This document shows positions 8,576 through 17,194 of a DNA stretch of 64,000 nt, one piece after another. The notes beneath the pieces were generated by a model that saw only the letters and a list, made by a program, of their open reading frames with translations, did not search any database and had not been told where the DNA came from. Source of the stretch: a virus. How positions within the stretch are numbered: the stretch's first letter is position 1; each line of letters begins with the position of its first letter. Made by a program: the position numbers and the translations under genes. The stretch lies in the IMG/VR virus record IMGVR_UViG_3300036831_000125, positions 2,515-66,514 of that record. One strand, 5' to 3'.

Positions 8576-9928
8576 TCATTCCTCTTTTTTCAAGCCTCGC
8601 GGCACATAAGCCCAGTATCTCCTTGCGTTTTTCGGTGTTTTCCGTACCCGCTTCCAACCTAAAACCTCCAACGCATCAGTCACCTCGCGCTCTTGATCCT
8701 TGCGGATTTTTCCCAGGGAAACATTGAAGATTTGATTGAGCAGATCTGCCAGCTTGATCTCGCTCTTACTTACCAGCTTTTGTTCCACCAGCTCCTCAAC
8801 GACGCCGGCTTCGCGAAACTCCTCAGCAATCACATCGGCCATAACCCTTTGCTCCTTATCGCTTAACCACCATTTCTCCCCGGCCTTGTAGCGGACCACT
8901 GCTTCGGCCCAGAGTTGCTCCCGATCCCGCCCGAGGGCCGCGAGGTCGATGGAATTGGTGAGGATGGGCCAGAACCGCCGGTTCCCTGTGATATCTTTTA
9001 GGGGGGTCCGCTTGTTCGTGGTGGCCGCGAAAACGATCTGGCGGGGATGGTCCTCTGCCAGCCGGTCGAACACACCGCGGTATCGATTCGCCCGGCGTGA
9101 AAGGAAAGCCTTCAGCTCTTCGACGGACTTACCCCGGAAGCCTTCGAGGTCGCTGAACTCGGCGAGCAGCTTACCGATCATGGCGATAGGTGTGTCCTTA
9201 TCGCCCGACAGTGCGCCGATCTCGTCCGTGAACCATTTCTCACCAACCAGCACGACGAGCGCGGTGCTCTTTCCTTGTCCCTGGTCGCCGATCAACATCA
9301 GGACGCAATCAGCCTTGCAGCCGGGCTCCATGATTCTTGCTACGGCAGAGATGAGGTACTTAGGGCCGACACAACATTCGAACGCGCGGTCTTCTGCGCC
9401 GAGATATGTGACCAACCATTTGTCCAGCCGTGGCGTGCCATCCCACGTAAGCGAAGCAAACCAATCGCGGACAGGATGGAATTCTTGTTCGCGAGCGATT
9501 GTGAGCGCTGCGTCCATCGCAAGGTGACTACTGACATCGATGGCTTGTTGCTGCAGCCACTCCGCAAGTTTCCGGCCGTCGTTGTTCACCCATTGTCGTG
9601 GTTGCCAAGGCTCGCCCTTCTTGTGCCAAGGCGGCGCACGATCGAGCAGCACGATATCGGAGAAGGCGTTATAGCGAAGGGATTTCGTCCATTCTGGAGC
9701 GATGCGCAGAGCAGTGAGTGCATTGGCGAGGTTAGGCTTGTAAAGAACCTTGCCCTTTTTATAGAGCCGCGCTTTCCAGCTGGGTGCCGGCGGTGGTTTT
9801 GGTGCAGCTGCGCTGGCTGGCGCAGGGGCTTTCGCCTTGCCCTTCGCAGTGTCGATATGAACTACATTATCTTTAGTGTTATTTTCTCCGACAGCCTTAG
9901 ATTCATCGATCTTATCGGCTTCTGACAT
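8576..9928 (-). CDS. VirE/VapE-family P-loop helicase without a primase domain
   Basis: FHPVRDW...WDGTPRLD, AVARIMEPGCKAD, Walker A GDQGQGKST, ATTN, D.TGNRRFWP; CTTGGGAG SD. Confidence 0.9.
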   Translation of the reverse strand: MSEADKIDESKAVGENNTKDNVVHIDTAKGKAKAPAPASAAAPKPPPAPSWKARLYKKGKVLYKPNLANALTALRIAPEWTKSLRYNAFSDIVLLDRAPPWHKKGEPWQPRQWVNNDGRKLAEWLQQQAIDVSSHLAMDAALTIAREQEFHPVRDWFASLTWDGTPRLDKWLVTYLGAEDRAFECCVGPKYLISAVARIMEPGCKADCVLMLIGDQGQGKSTALVVLVGEKWFTDEIGALSGDKDTPIAMIGKLLAEFSDLEGFRGKSVEELKAFLSRRANRYRGVFDRLAEDHPRQIVFAATTNKRTPLKDITGNRRFWPILTNSIDLAALGRDREQLWAEAVVRYKAGEKWWLSDKEQRVMADVIAEEFREAGVVEELVEQKLVSKSEIKLADLLNQIFNVSLGKIRKDQEREVTDALEVLGWKRVRKTPKNARRYWAYVPRGLKKEE

Positions 9929-10116
9929 AGGAAATTTCACTCCCAAGCGAGAGACAGCTGGCCTCAAGCTCGCAGGCGTGGAGTATCCCCCCTCCCCCTC
10001 GCAAGCTGGCGTGTTGGGGGAGCTTCACACGGGGGGAGAAGCGCGCAAATAGGGACCGCGCGAAGGATCTGTGCATGACTGCCGCAGGCCGCAGAGAAGC
10101 TGCGGAAAATCTTCGC

Positions 10117-10149
10117 TTGCGTGCAGCTGTAGTATGTCTATAACTACAG
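10117..10149 (+). promoter_or_regulatory. promoter TTGCGT-N16-TATAAC overlapped by palindrome CTGTAGT-N9-ACTACAG
   Basis: Sits at the head of the rightward replication operon. Confidence 0.45.
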
Positions 10150-10180
10150 GCTAGTACGGAAGCTTGAGGAAACGCCAGCT

Positions 10181-10381
10181 ATGTCCCGCAAGATCTATCG
10201 CCGCATACGGCCATGTTCGCATGAGTTCACCGCGATAGATTCTCGCATCCCCAATCCTAAGATGGAGTGCATCGAATGTGGTGCGGTGATCCCGAAGATC
10301 GACGAGAAGAATTATGAACAGATCTTCGACAAGCCGCCGCTGTCGCTGCTCTCCGGCCGTAGCCGGAACCACCCGCCCTAG
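10181..10381 (+). CDS. FmdB-like Zn-ribbon protein
   Basis: C.HEF...C..CG; GAGGA SD. Confidence 0.55.
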   Translation: MSRKIYRRIRPCSHEFTAIDSRIPNPKMECIECGAVIPKIDEKNYEQIFDKPPLSLLSGRSRNHPP

Positions 10382-10452
10382 ACGCCTTTCGCAGGTTGTA
10401 GTAGATGTGGCGAGTGGATTATATCCGTACAGAGAACGCCTGTTTAACGCTT

Positions 10453-10746
10453 ATGAAAATCGACATCCAAACCGGGAATATCGGACCATGGGAGCGGGCT
10501 CGCGTCGGCAACGTCTACCCGATCAAAGGCGGGCGTGGGCTGCGTGACGGACATATGCAAGTCTTGATCGCAATCACCGAACCAACGGAGCGCTGGCAGG
10601 GGCCGGCGGCACTGCTCCTCGTGATCGACAAAGAAGGCAACCCGCGCGGCGTGAATAGCTACGGGCTGCATGCGATCGAGGATCTCCAGCCGATCGCGTT
10701 CGTTGATGGGTTGGATCAGCTTACTCTAACAATGAGGTCGCTTTGA
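10453..10746 (+). CDS. hypothetical protein
   Basis: ORF track with start moved to ATG. Confidence 0.65.
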   Translation: MKIDIQTGNIGPWERARVGNVYPIKGGRGLRDGHMQVLIAITEPTERWQGPAALLLVIDKEGNPRGVNSYGLHAIEDLQPIAFVDGLDQLTLTMRSL

Positions 10747-10841
10747 TGCGTATCAGTGTTCTTTTATTTCTCTGCGCCTTTATCTGCGTTGGCTCTTATG
10801 CCGACGTTGATCTTGGTGCTCTATTGAATGTGCTGCCATGA
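10746..10841 (+). CDS. 31-aa hydrophobic peptide (MRISVLLFLCAFICVGS...)
   Basis: Translated by hand; TGATG and ATGA couplings; GAGG SD. Confidence 0.45.
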   Translation: MRISVLLFLCAFICVGSYADVDLGALLNVLP

Positions 10842-11122
10842 ATGCGCTCCTAACGCCTGCCCAGGTTAAGCTGATCAAGATGCGAATCTGGTACGGCGAG
10901 CTGCATGACTCTCTCGCCGATCATTTCGAGTGCTCGCTGCAATCGATTAACGAGATCGCGCGCGGGAGCCGCTGGAATGAGATTGAGTGGCCGGATGGGA
11001 CGATCGGAGCGCTGGCACCAGCCCGGCGGCTGTTGATCGTGCGCGCGCGTCGCGAAGCTAAAGACGCGATGGTGCAGGCGACGGCAGCGAAGGTGAAGGC
11101 GCTGTTGAAAGAGGCGAGCTGA
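10838..11122 (+). CDS. helix-turn-helix DNA-binding protein
   Basis: LT..QV..IK.R...GE....LA..F..S...I..I..G..W pattern. Confidence 0.6.
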   Translation: MNALLTPAQVKLIKMRIWYGELHDSLADHFECSLQSINEIARGSRWNEIEWPDGTIGALAPARRLLIVRARREAKDAMVQATAAKVKALLKEAS

Positions 11123-11391
11123 TGTCGGCTAATGAACCACGCGAACCTGATCCCGACACCCTCGCCGACATCAAAGAGCTAGAGTTCGAGATCATCAAGC
11201 TTGCGACTAAATATGGTTATTCCGTTGCGCTCACTGCGATTGCGGCGGCGCTTGCGCAAGTGATGTCTTTAGGATGTTCGAGCAAAGAGCACCTTAACAC
11301 CGGGTTTGATCAGGTGTTCGAGAAAATCCGCAGCGTCGCCGAGCATGACCTTGAACGAAGAATGTTACCTCAACCGAAAGGAGAATCTTGA
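11122..11391 (+). CDS. hypothetical protein
   Basis: GAGG SD; coupled start. Confidence 0.65.
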   Translation: MSANEPREPDPDTLADIKELEFEIIKLATKYGYSVALTAIAAALAQVMSLGCSSKEHLNTGFDQVFEKIRSVAEHDLERRMLPQPKGES

Positions 11392-11397
11392 AAGTCC

Positions 11398-11961
11398 ATG
11401 CGCAATAATAAAACACCGATCGTTCGTGCCGCCAGAGGCAATGGCGTTGCCAGGAAGCAAACCACTGCGGCCGAATCCAAGCGCACCCGCACTGTCGCGG
11501 CACCGCTCGCTGAGGTCATTGGGTTTGATTATGATTTCGGCCGCACCGCCGCAGACGCAATCCGGCTGTTCAGCGATGCAGTTGTGTTCAAATTATTCAA
11601 ATCCGCGGCGCAGCAACAGCTGAGCGATTTCATTCGCCAGTGTCGCGCTGGCACGAAGCAGCGGCCGGCGATGTCGGATAAGCAGCTCAAGGCTGCGGTG
11701 CGCGATTGGAGCCCGGAGTTAAAGCGACGCGGCAAATCCCCGGTCGTGAAGGCGTCGAAATTCATCGGCAAGATGACAGAAGATGAGAAGGCCGAAATGC
11801 GCCGGCTACTGGATGAAGGTGAAGGCAGTGGAGGTTTTGGCGCTACGAACGGCAAAGGACATGCTGTTGTTGCTGGCAGCAATGACGAAAACGTTGAAGA
11901 TGTGGGCGAGCGCGATGATGCTGTGAATCTCGTCGAAAATCACGACACGCACGTCGCTTAG
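11398..11961 (+). CDS. conserved phage protein with basic N-terminus and acidic tail, possibly DNA-binding
   Basis: AAGGAG SD; followed by a terminator. Confidence 0.7.
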   Translation: MRNNKTPIVRAARGNGVARKQTTAAESKRTRTVAAPLAEVIGFDYDFGRTAADAIRLFSDAVVFKLFKSAAQQQLSDFIRQCRAGTKQRPAMSDKQLKAAVRDWSPELKRRGKSPVVKASKFIGKMTEDEKAEMRRLLDEGEGSGGFGATNGKGHAVVAGSNDENVEDVGERDDAVNLVENHDTHVA

Positions 11962-11987
11962 ACGTCCCTCCGCCGCCGCTAAAAGAG

Positions 11988-12020
11988 AAAAGCCCCTGCG
12001 TTCCCGCGCAAGGGCCTTTC
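11988..12020 (+). terminator. intrinsic terminator
   Basis: GCCCCTGCG-ttccc-G-CGCAAGGGC imperfect stem flanked by A-run and TTT. Confidence 0.45.
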
Positions 12021-12185
12021 CCTGGTCAATACTTATCCCCAGGCATTTAGCCGGCATTGCCTTTTGCTGATCGCGTCTCCCTAGCTCCGAGAGCAGAATC
12101 AAACCCAGAACCGCTGGGCGCGGGTAGGCGCATTGTGCGCCGGCTGCGGCTCTTCGGACAAGTTAACTTGGGAGCTTTGCGAAAT

Positions 12186-12371
12186 ATGCGAGAGATTCAT
12201 TGGTTTATCGAAATGAGCTTGGAGGGCTGCGAGCGCTCCGGCGTGCTCATGGTTGAGGACAACGCGACCGATGCCGAGATCGAAGAGGAGGTGCGCGACG
12301 AGGTGTTCGATAAAATCACCTGGGGCTGGGCGGAGAAAGGCGACGACGAGCTGAAAGGCGGTGGCCAATGA
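12186..12371 (+). CDS. small acidic hypothetical protein
   Basis: AACTTGGGAG SD; E/D-rich. Confidence 0.65.
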   Translation: MREIHWFIEMSLEGCERSGVLMVEDNATDAEIEEEVRDEVFDKITWGWAEKGDDELKGGGQ

Positions 12372-12916
12372 GCGAGGAATGGCGCGCTATCGTTGGCTAT
12401 GAAGGGCTGTATGAGGTTTCGGATCAGGGGCGCGTGCGATCAGTAGACCGCGTGGTGCATCGTCGTGGCTCATATCGGAACAGAGAATGCGTGCAGCGCA
12501 CCCGAGGCAGATTGCTACGCCCGGGGACAGACGACAAAGGTTATCGATATGTGAATCTGCATAAGGAAAATAAGGCCCGCACCATTTTTGTACATACGTT
12601 GGTGCTTGAAGCCTTCGTTGGGCCGCCTCCTTCTCCTCAACACGTATGTCGCCATGGCGACAATATCCCAGGGAATAACAAGAGCAAAAATCTCTGTTGG
12701 GGAACACAGAAGGAAAACAACAACGATAAATTAAAACACGGAACTCTTCTACATGGAGAAGACGTAGCGACCGCCATACTAAAGAAAGCTGATGTAATCA
12801 AGATAAGGCATCTTGTCTCTATCGGGCATACGCAGAGTAGCTTGGCGAAAGCGTATGGCGTCATACCTCAAACTATAAACGTCATAGTGAAACGCAAGAC
12901 CTGGAGGCATGTATGA
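12368..12916 (+). CDS. NUMOD4-HNH homing endonuclease, free-standing
   Basis: EEWRAIVGYEGLYEVSDQGRVRS (NUMOD4); VH.LV.EAF.G...CRH.D....NN...NL.WGT..EN..D (HNH); C-terminal HTH; lower GC. Confidence 0.92.
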   Translation: MSEEWRAIVGYEGLYEVSDQGRVRSVDRVVHRRGSYRNRECVQRTRGRLLRPGTDDKGYRYVNLHKENKARTIFVHTLVLEAFVGPPPSPQHVCRHGDNIPGNNKSKNLCWGTQKENNNDKLKHGTLLHGEDVATAILKKADVIKIRHLVSIGHTQSSLAKAYGVIPQTINVIVKRKTWRHV

Positions 12917-13983
12917 ACGACAAACTATCTCTTTGGGACAACACCCGCCTTTCAGCAGCAAAGACATGCATGCGTTATTTTATGTACAGACACGTATACC
13001 ACCTTACTCCTGATGAGATTGCGCCGCCGCTAGTATTTGGAAGTGCATGGGGATGTGCCCTCGACGTCATCTGGCTTCGCAACCGCGAGATCTACGTCTC
13101 CAAAGCCACCCGTCGCGATGCGATCGACGCCGCCTATGCTGCGTTCACTGAATCATGGACCACGCACGGCTTTATGCACCCCGACGACCTCTCCCCTGAC
13201 GACATCGACCGCCTCGGGGCCCGTACGCCCATGACAGCGCTCGATATGATTCATGACTACGTCGATGTGCGGCAGCAGCTTTTTATGGACAAAGGCTTCT
13301 CTCTCATTTCGATCGAAAACCCTTTCATTGTCCCGCTCGATCCTAACGACCCGCATAAATGGTATGTCGGCCGCATCGACAAAGTCTTCGCGTTGCACAA
13401 GGACATTTACGGCAGCGATCACAAAACCACGGTGATGTATGCCAAGAAAGGAATATTCCGCTCGCCTTGGATCGACGCTTGGTCGCTGAATTCCCAAATC
13501 GATGGCTATAATTATGTGCTGCGAATCGAGTACGGCGAACGGGCCCGAGGCGTGTGGGTGGACGGTGCACTTGTGCACAAGACTGTTCACGACGGCTTTA
13601 AATTCATCCCCGTCGAGCGCCAGCAGCAGCAGCTCGACGCCTGGCTTTGGGAAGCTCATTCATGGATTGACGACATCGAAGCCAACCTCGCGGTGCTCGA
13701 AGAGCGCTCCGACCCAGCTGCGCCCTATCTCGCCGCCTTTCCGAAAAACACCAACTCCTGCGTCCAATACGAGCGCACCTGCCCGTATTTCGAACTCTGC
13801 CAAATGTATGCCAACCCGACCAAGCTCCGAGACAATCCGCCGATCGGGTTCAAGATCCACAAATGGCAGCCCTTCGACGAGCTAAAGCTTGCGCAGCTTG
13901 GGCTGGCTAACCCCGAAAAGGAAAGAGATAGCGAAAATGCGACCGCGCCCACCGCGATCACCGCGCCCGAACGCGCCCCCTAA
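12913..13983 (+). CDS. PD-(D/E)xK exonuclease, Cas4/AddB-like with a probable 4Fe-4S cluster
   Basis: GRIDK...SDHKT and Q..GY motifs; one N-terminal Cys plus C-x6-CPY-x3-C. Confidence 0.85.
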   Translation: MNDKLSLWDNTRLSAAKTCMRYFMYRHVYHLTPDEIAPPLVFGSAWGCALDVIWLRNREIYVSKATRRDAIDAAYAAFTESWTTHGFMHPDDLSPDDIDRLGARTPMTALDMIHDYVDVRQQLFMDKGFSLISIENPFIVPLDPNDPHKWYVGRIDKVFALHKDIYGSDHKTTVMYAKKGIFRSPWIDAWSLNSQIDGYNYVLRIEYGERARGVWVDGALVHKTVHDGFKFIPVERQQQQLDAWLWEAHSWIDDIEANLAVLEERSDPAAPYLAAFPKNTNSCVQYERTCPYFELCQMYANPTKLRDNPPIGFKIHKWQPFDELKLAQLGLANPEKERDSENATAPTAITAPERAP

Positions 13984-14353
13984 TTACGGCCATACCGAGG
14001 AAAGAGACGCCGCCTTTGGGCATACCCATGCGCGCATCAGCGATCCGCACACTTCTAAAGAAGCGGCGCACAGCATGGTCGAAGAGAGCAAGAATCAAGA
14101 AGTTCGAATCATGCAGTTCATTGAGTACGGCGTTGATCCGAACCGTGGCGCGACCGCTGAAGAACTTGGGGACGGCTGCGGCCTCACCATCGGTCAAGCC
14201 ATGCGCCGTGTGTCCGATCTCTCTAAAAAAGGCTTAATCGTTTGGCGCGGCACACGTAAGCTCTCCTCTGGCCGCAAAGGCCGAGTCTGGTTCTTTTCCA
14301 AACGGAGCATTGAACATGACCCTGATCTCTTCGACATTCACGCCGACTATTGA
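13937..14353 (+). CDS. winged-helix DNA-binding protein
   Basis: HAR..DP.TS..AA...GAT.EEL...RR.SDL...GLI...G.R...SGR...VW. Confidence 0.7.
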   Translation: MRPRPPRSPRPNAPPNYGHTEERDAAFGHTHARISDPHTSKEAAHSMVEESKNQEVRIMQFIEYGVDPNRGATAEELGDGCGLTIGQAMRRVSDLSKKGLIVWRGTRKLSSGRKGRVWFFSKRSIEHDPDLFDIHADY

Positions 14354-15620
14354 ACAATCCCGTGCGCTGGACGCCATACATAAATGGCTCAGCACCAGCG
14401 GCAAGCCCTTCTTTACCCTTCACGGCCTCGCTGGCACCGGCAAGACCACCCTCGTCAGCTATCTCGCGGCACAATATGACGAACCTGTCTACGCCATGGC
14501 TTTTAGCGGCAAGGCGGCCTCTGTCCTTACCCGCAAGGGGCTGCCAGCGACGACGATTCACAGCCGGATTTATCAACCGCCGAGTGAATCCAATGAAGCC
14601 GCCGACATGCTTCAGCGCGAGCTGATCGAGCTGGAAAAGAATGATCCAGACTCACCTAAGATCGACACAATCTTGCGCAAGCTCGAAAAGCTCCGCCGGC
14701 CGGAGTTCGACGTTCTGCGCTCGCGTCGCCGGGCCTTTCCTGCGTCCTACGACGAAACCGCCGATGTCATGAAGATCTTAGGCCAGAGCGTCGATATTGG
14801 CGATGACGACGAAGACGATGAGGACGAGCCACCTCACGGCGGCCTGATTCTCCTCGACGAATGCTCGATGGTCGATGAGAAGCTCGCCAGGGATCTCATC
14901 AGCTTCGGGTTCCCGATTCTGGTGCTTGGCGATCCTGGGCAGCTTCCGCCGGTTAAGGGCACCGGGTATTTCGACCAACACCCGGATTTCACACTTACCG
15001 AGATCCATCGGCAGGCGCTGGAATCTCCTGTTATCCGCCTTGCCATGCAGGCGCGCGAGGGCAGGCGTCTGAAGCTGGGGATTTACGGCGCCAGCCGCGT
15101 CATCTCGCGCAAGGCGATCGGCAAGGAGGAGGCGCTGGGAGTCGAGCAGATCCTCTGCGGCAGCAATAAAGCGCGGGTGAAGCTGAATCACGAGGTGCGG
15201 ATTTTACGGGGCTTGGCCGAGCATGAATTCCCGCGCAAAGACGAACGGCTGATCTGCCTGCGCAACAATCGTCCGCAAGGGTTGCTAAACGGCATGGTAG
15301 TGCAGACCATCGCCGATACCATCAATGACGAGAAAGAGCCTTATATACAGATTCCCGTGCAGGAATGGGATCATCCGATCACGGTGCATCGGGAATGCTT
15401 CACGCGGCCGGAGATCGTGAAATCCTGGGCGCTCAGCCATCGCCGCACCGCGAATGAGTTCGATTATGCGTATGCGATTACGATTCATAAGAGTCAGGGC
15501 TCGCAGTTCAAGGATGTGCTGGTCGTGCCGGATTACGGGTTTTGGGATAAGGATCTCTACGCGCGGCTGCTTTACACCGCGCTCACTCGCGCCGAAGAGC
15601 GCGTCATCGTCGCGCTGTGA
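14316..15620 (+). CDS. RecD/Dda-like SF1B helicase
   Basis: GLAGTGKTT, LLDECSMV, GDPGQLPPV, LTEIHRQ, YAITIHKSQGSQF, LYTALTRA. Confidence 0.93.
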   Translation: MTLISSTFTPTIEQSRALDAIHKWLSTSGKPFFTLHGLAGTGKTTLVSYLAAQYDEPVYAMAFSGKAASVLTRKGLPATTIHSRIYQPPSESNEAADMLQRELIELEKNDPDSPKIDTILRKLEKLRRPEFDVLRSRRRAFPASYDETADVMKILGQSVDIGDDDEDDEDEPPHGGLILLDECSMVDEKLARDLISFGFPILVLGDPGQLPPVKGTGYFDQHPDFTLTEIHRQALESPVIRLAMQAREGRRLKLGIYGASRVISRKAIGKEEALGVEQILCGSNKARVKLNHEVRILRGLAEHEFPRKDERLICLRNNRPQGLLNGMVVQTIADTINDEKEPYIQIPVQEWDHPITVHRECFTRPEIVKSWALSHRRTANEFDYAYAITIHKSQGSQFKDVLVVPDYGFWDKDLYARLLYTALTRAEERVIVAL

Positions 15621-15657
15621 TTCATTGTGTGAATAACTAACACGCACAAATGCTGGG

Positions 15658-15696
15658 GTGATGTAGAGTTATCAACACTATAGCGCTCTACATCAC
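15658..15696. promoter_or_regulatory. perfect 11-bp inverted repeat GTGATGTAGAG-N17-CTCTACATCAC upstream of the VWA gene
   Basis: Read directly from sequence; function unknown. Confidence 0.5.
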
Positions 15697-15789
15697 TACA
15701 GCTATTCTTGCGCTGCTCAATAAATCATGGTTAACCTCCCCGCCTTACTTAGACATACACCAATCAAACCCAAGGGGAGTTTCAACTTC

Positions 15790-16395
15790 ATGGAACGGGC
15801 AGTTTTGACAGAATATGATTCCATCGTATGCGTCGATCGATCGGGTTCGATGTCGTTAGAAGCGAAGGGCTTCTCTTCGCGTTGGGAGCAGGCGAAGGAA
15901 ATCACTCTCGGCATCGCCGGCCTGGCGCAGACTGTTGATGATGACGGGATCACGCTGATTAGTTTCGGCGGCAGCTTCAACCCGAAACGCGACATCGCTG
16001 ATGGGGTCAAGATGGACGCCGTGACGCAACTCTTCACAAACCAATCTCCTGGCGGCTCGACACCTTTGGACAAGGCGCTTTATGCCGCGTTTGATAAAAA
16101 GTTCTCTGGCAGCAAGAAGGCGGTGATTTTCGTCATCACTGACGGCGAGCCCGACGACAAGAACGCCGTGGCGAACGTCATCCGCAGCGCTGTTTCGCGC
16201 ATCCCTGATGCTTCGCACATCCGGATGTTATTCCTGCAGGTCGGTGATGATAAAGGCGCTGCGGCTTATTTGAACGATCTCGACAGCCATCTAACCGGCG
16301 CGAAATTCGACATCGTCAACACCGTCAGCTTCGCGGAAGCGAACGCTCTCTCGCCTGATGATCTGTACGCGCGAGCAATTCAGGACAGCCATTAA
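15790..16395 (+). CDS. von Willebrand factor A (TerY-like) protein with intact MIDAS
   Basis: DRSGSMS, GGSTPL, VITDGEP; AGGGGAG SD. Confidence 0.88.
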   Translation: MERAVLTEYDSIVCVDRSGSMSLEAKGFSSRWEQAKEITLGIAGLAQTVDDDGITLISFGGSFNPKRDIADGVKMDAVTQLFTNQSPGGSTPLDKALYAAFDKKFSGSKKAVIFVITDGEPDDKNAVANVIRSAVSRIPDASHIRMLFLQVGDDKGAAAYLNDLDSHLTGAKFDIVNTVSFAEANALSPDDLYARAIQDSH

Positions 16396-16416
16396 TTCTT
16401 TCGCATCTGCTGAAGC

Positions 16417-16440
16417 GCCCAGCTTTCGCGAGCTGGGTTG
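16417..16440 (+). terminator. hairpin after the VWA gene
   Basis: CCCAGCT-ttcgcg-AGCTGGG. Confidence 0.4.
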
Positions 16441-16467
16441 CCAGCGGTTTGTGCTTCAAAAGGAGAA

Positions 16468-16656
16468 ATGAACTTGGCTACAGACTGGCAAGCACCGAAG
16501 CCGCCGCCGGATCACGTCCCGCCGGCACCGCCAACCGACCCCTGGAAGCCGTGGCGCGATCGCTTCGACACCTTCACGACTTGGTTCAAAGCCAACGCGC
16601 TCAACGCCGGGATTACGTTGCTGATCGGCTACATCCTTGGGCGTGTGTTCAAGTGA
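16468..16656 (+). CDS. small Pro-rich protein with C-terminal TM segment
   Basis: AAGGAG SD. Confidence 0.65.
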   Translation: MNLATDWQAPKPPPDHVPPAPPTDPWKPWRDRFDTFTTWFKANALNAGITLLIGYILGRVFK

Positions 16657-16745
16657 ACCTCTTCCACGAATTCCTCGCGTTCATGGTCTTCATCGCGGTC
16701 GCGCTTCTGATCATGGCGCTGCGACATTGGATTTTAGGAGTCTGA
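16653..16745 (+). CDS. 30-aa membrane peptide
   Basis: GTGA coupling; hydrophobic. Confidence 0.45.
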   Translation: MNLFHEFLAFMVFIAVALLIMALRHWILGV

Positions 16746-16750
16746 CTGAC

Positions 16751-17191
16751 ATGGGTGATTCAAAGAAATGGCTCGATGAGCAAGATGAGATTCGAGAGAA
16801 AACAGTAGAGAGCGCGAGACAGCGCGTTCTAGCCGGCGGCGGCGGCGGCAATGTCAACGCCAATACCAACGCCGCCAAAAGCGACTTCGATCGTTCCTAT
16901 TCCTATCCTGTTCCTAACGAAACCAACGACGTCCACGCTGCCCAAATCACCGACGACGCCGACGAGATGCGCCGGGCCCGCTTCAACGAGATCATCGGGC
17001 TCTGCTCAACGCTCTGTGAACACGAAGCCGATCTCTGGCGTGGCATGTCGCTGCGCCTCTGTTCGGCCGCGAACGGCCGCATTACCACGCCGCAGATCCA
17101 AGCCGAGGCCAAGCGCGATGCTTGCCATGCCCTCGCCGGCCGCATTCGCGATCTCATGCTTCCCATCCCAGCTCAACGCCAGAATCGGTGA
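16751..17191 (+). CDS. hypothetical protein
   Basis: AGGAG SD. Confidence 0.65.
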   Translation: MGDSKKWLDEQDEIREKTVESARQRVLAGGGGGNVNANTNAAKSDFDRSYSYPVPNETNDVHAAQITDDADEMRRARFNEIIGLCSTLCEHEADLWRGMSLRLCSAANGRITTPQIQAEAKRDACHALAGRIRDLMLPIPAQRQNR

Positions 17192-17194
17192 TTC

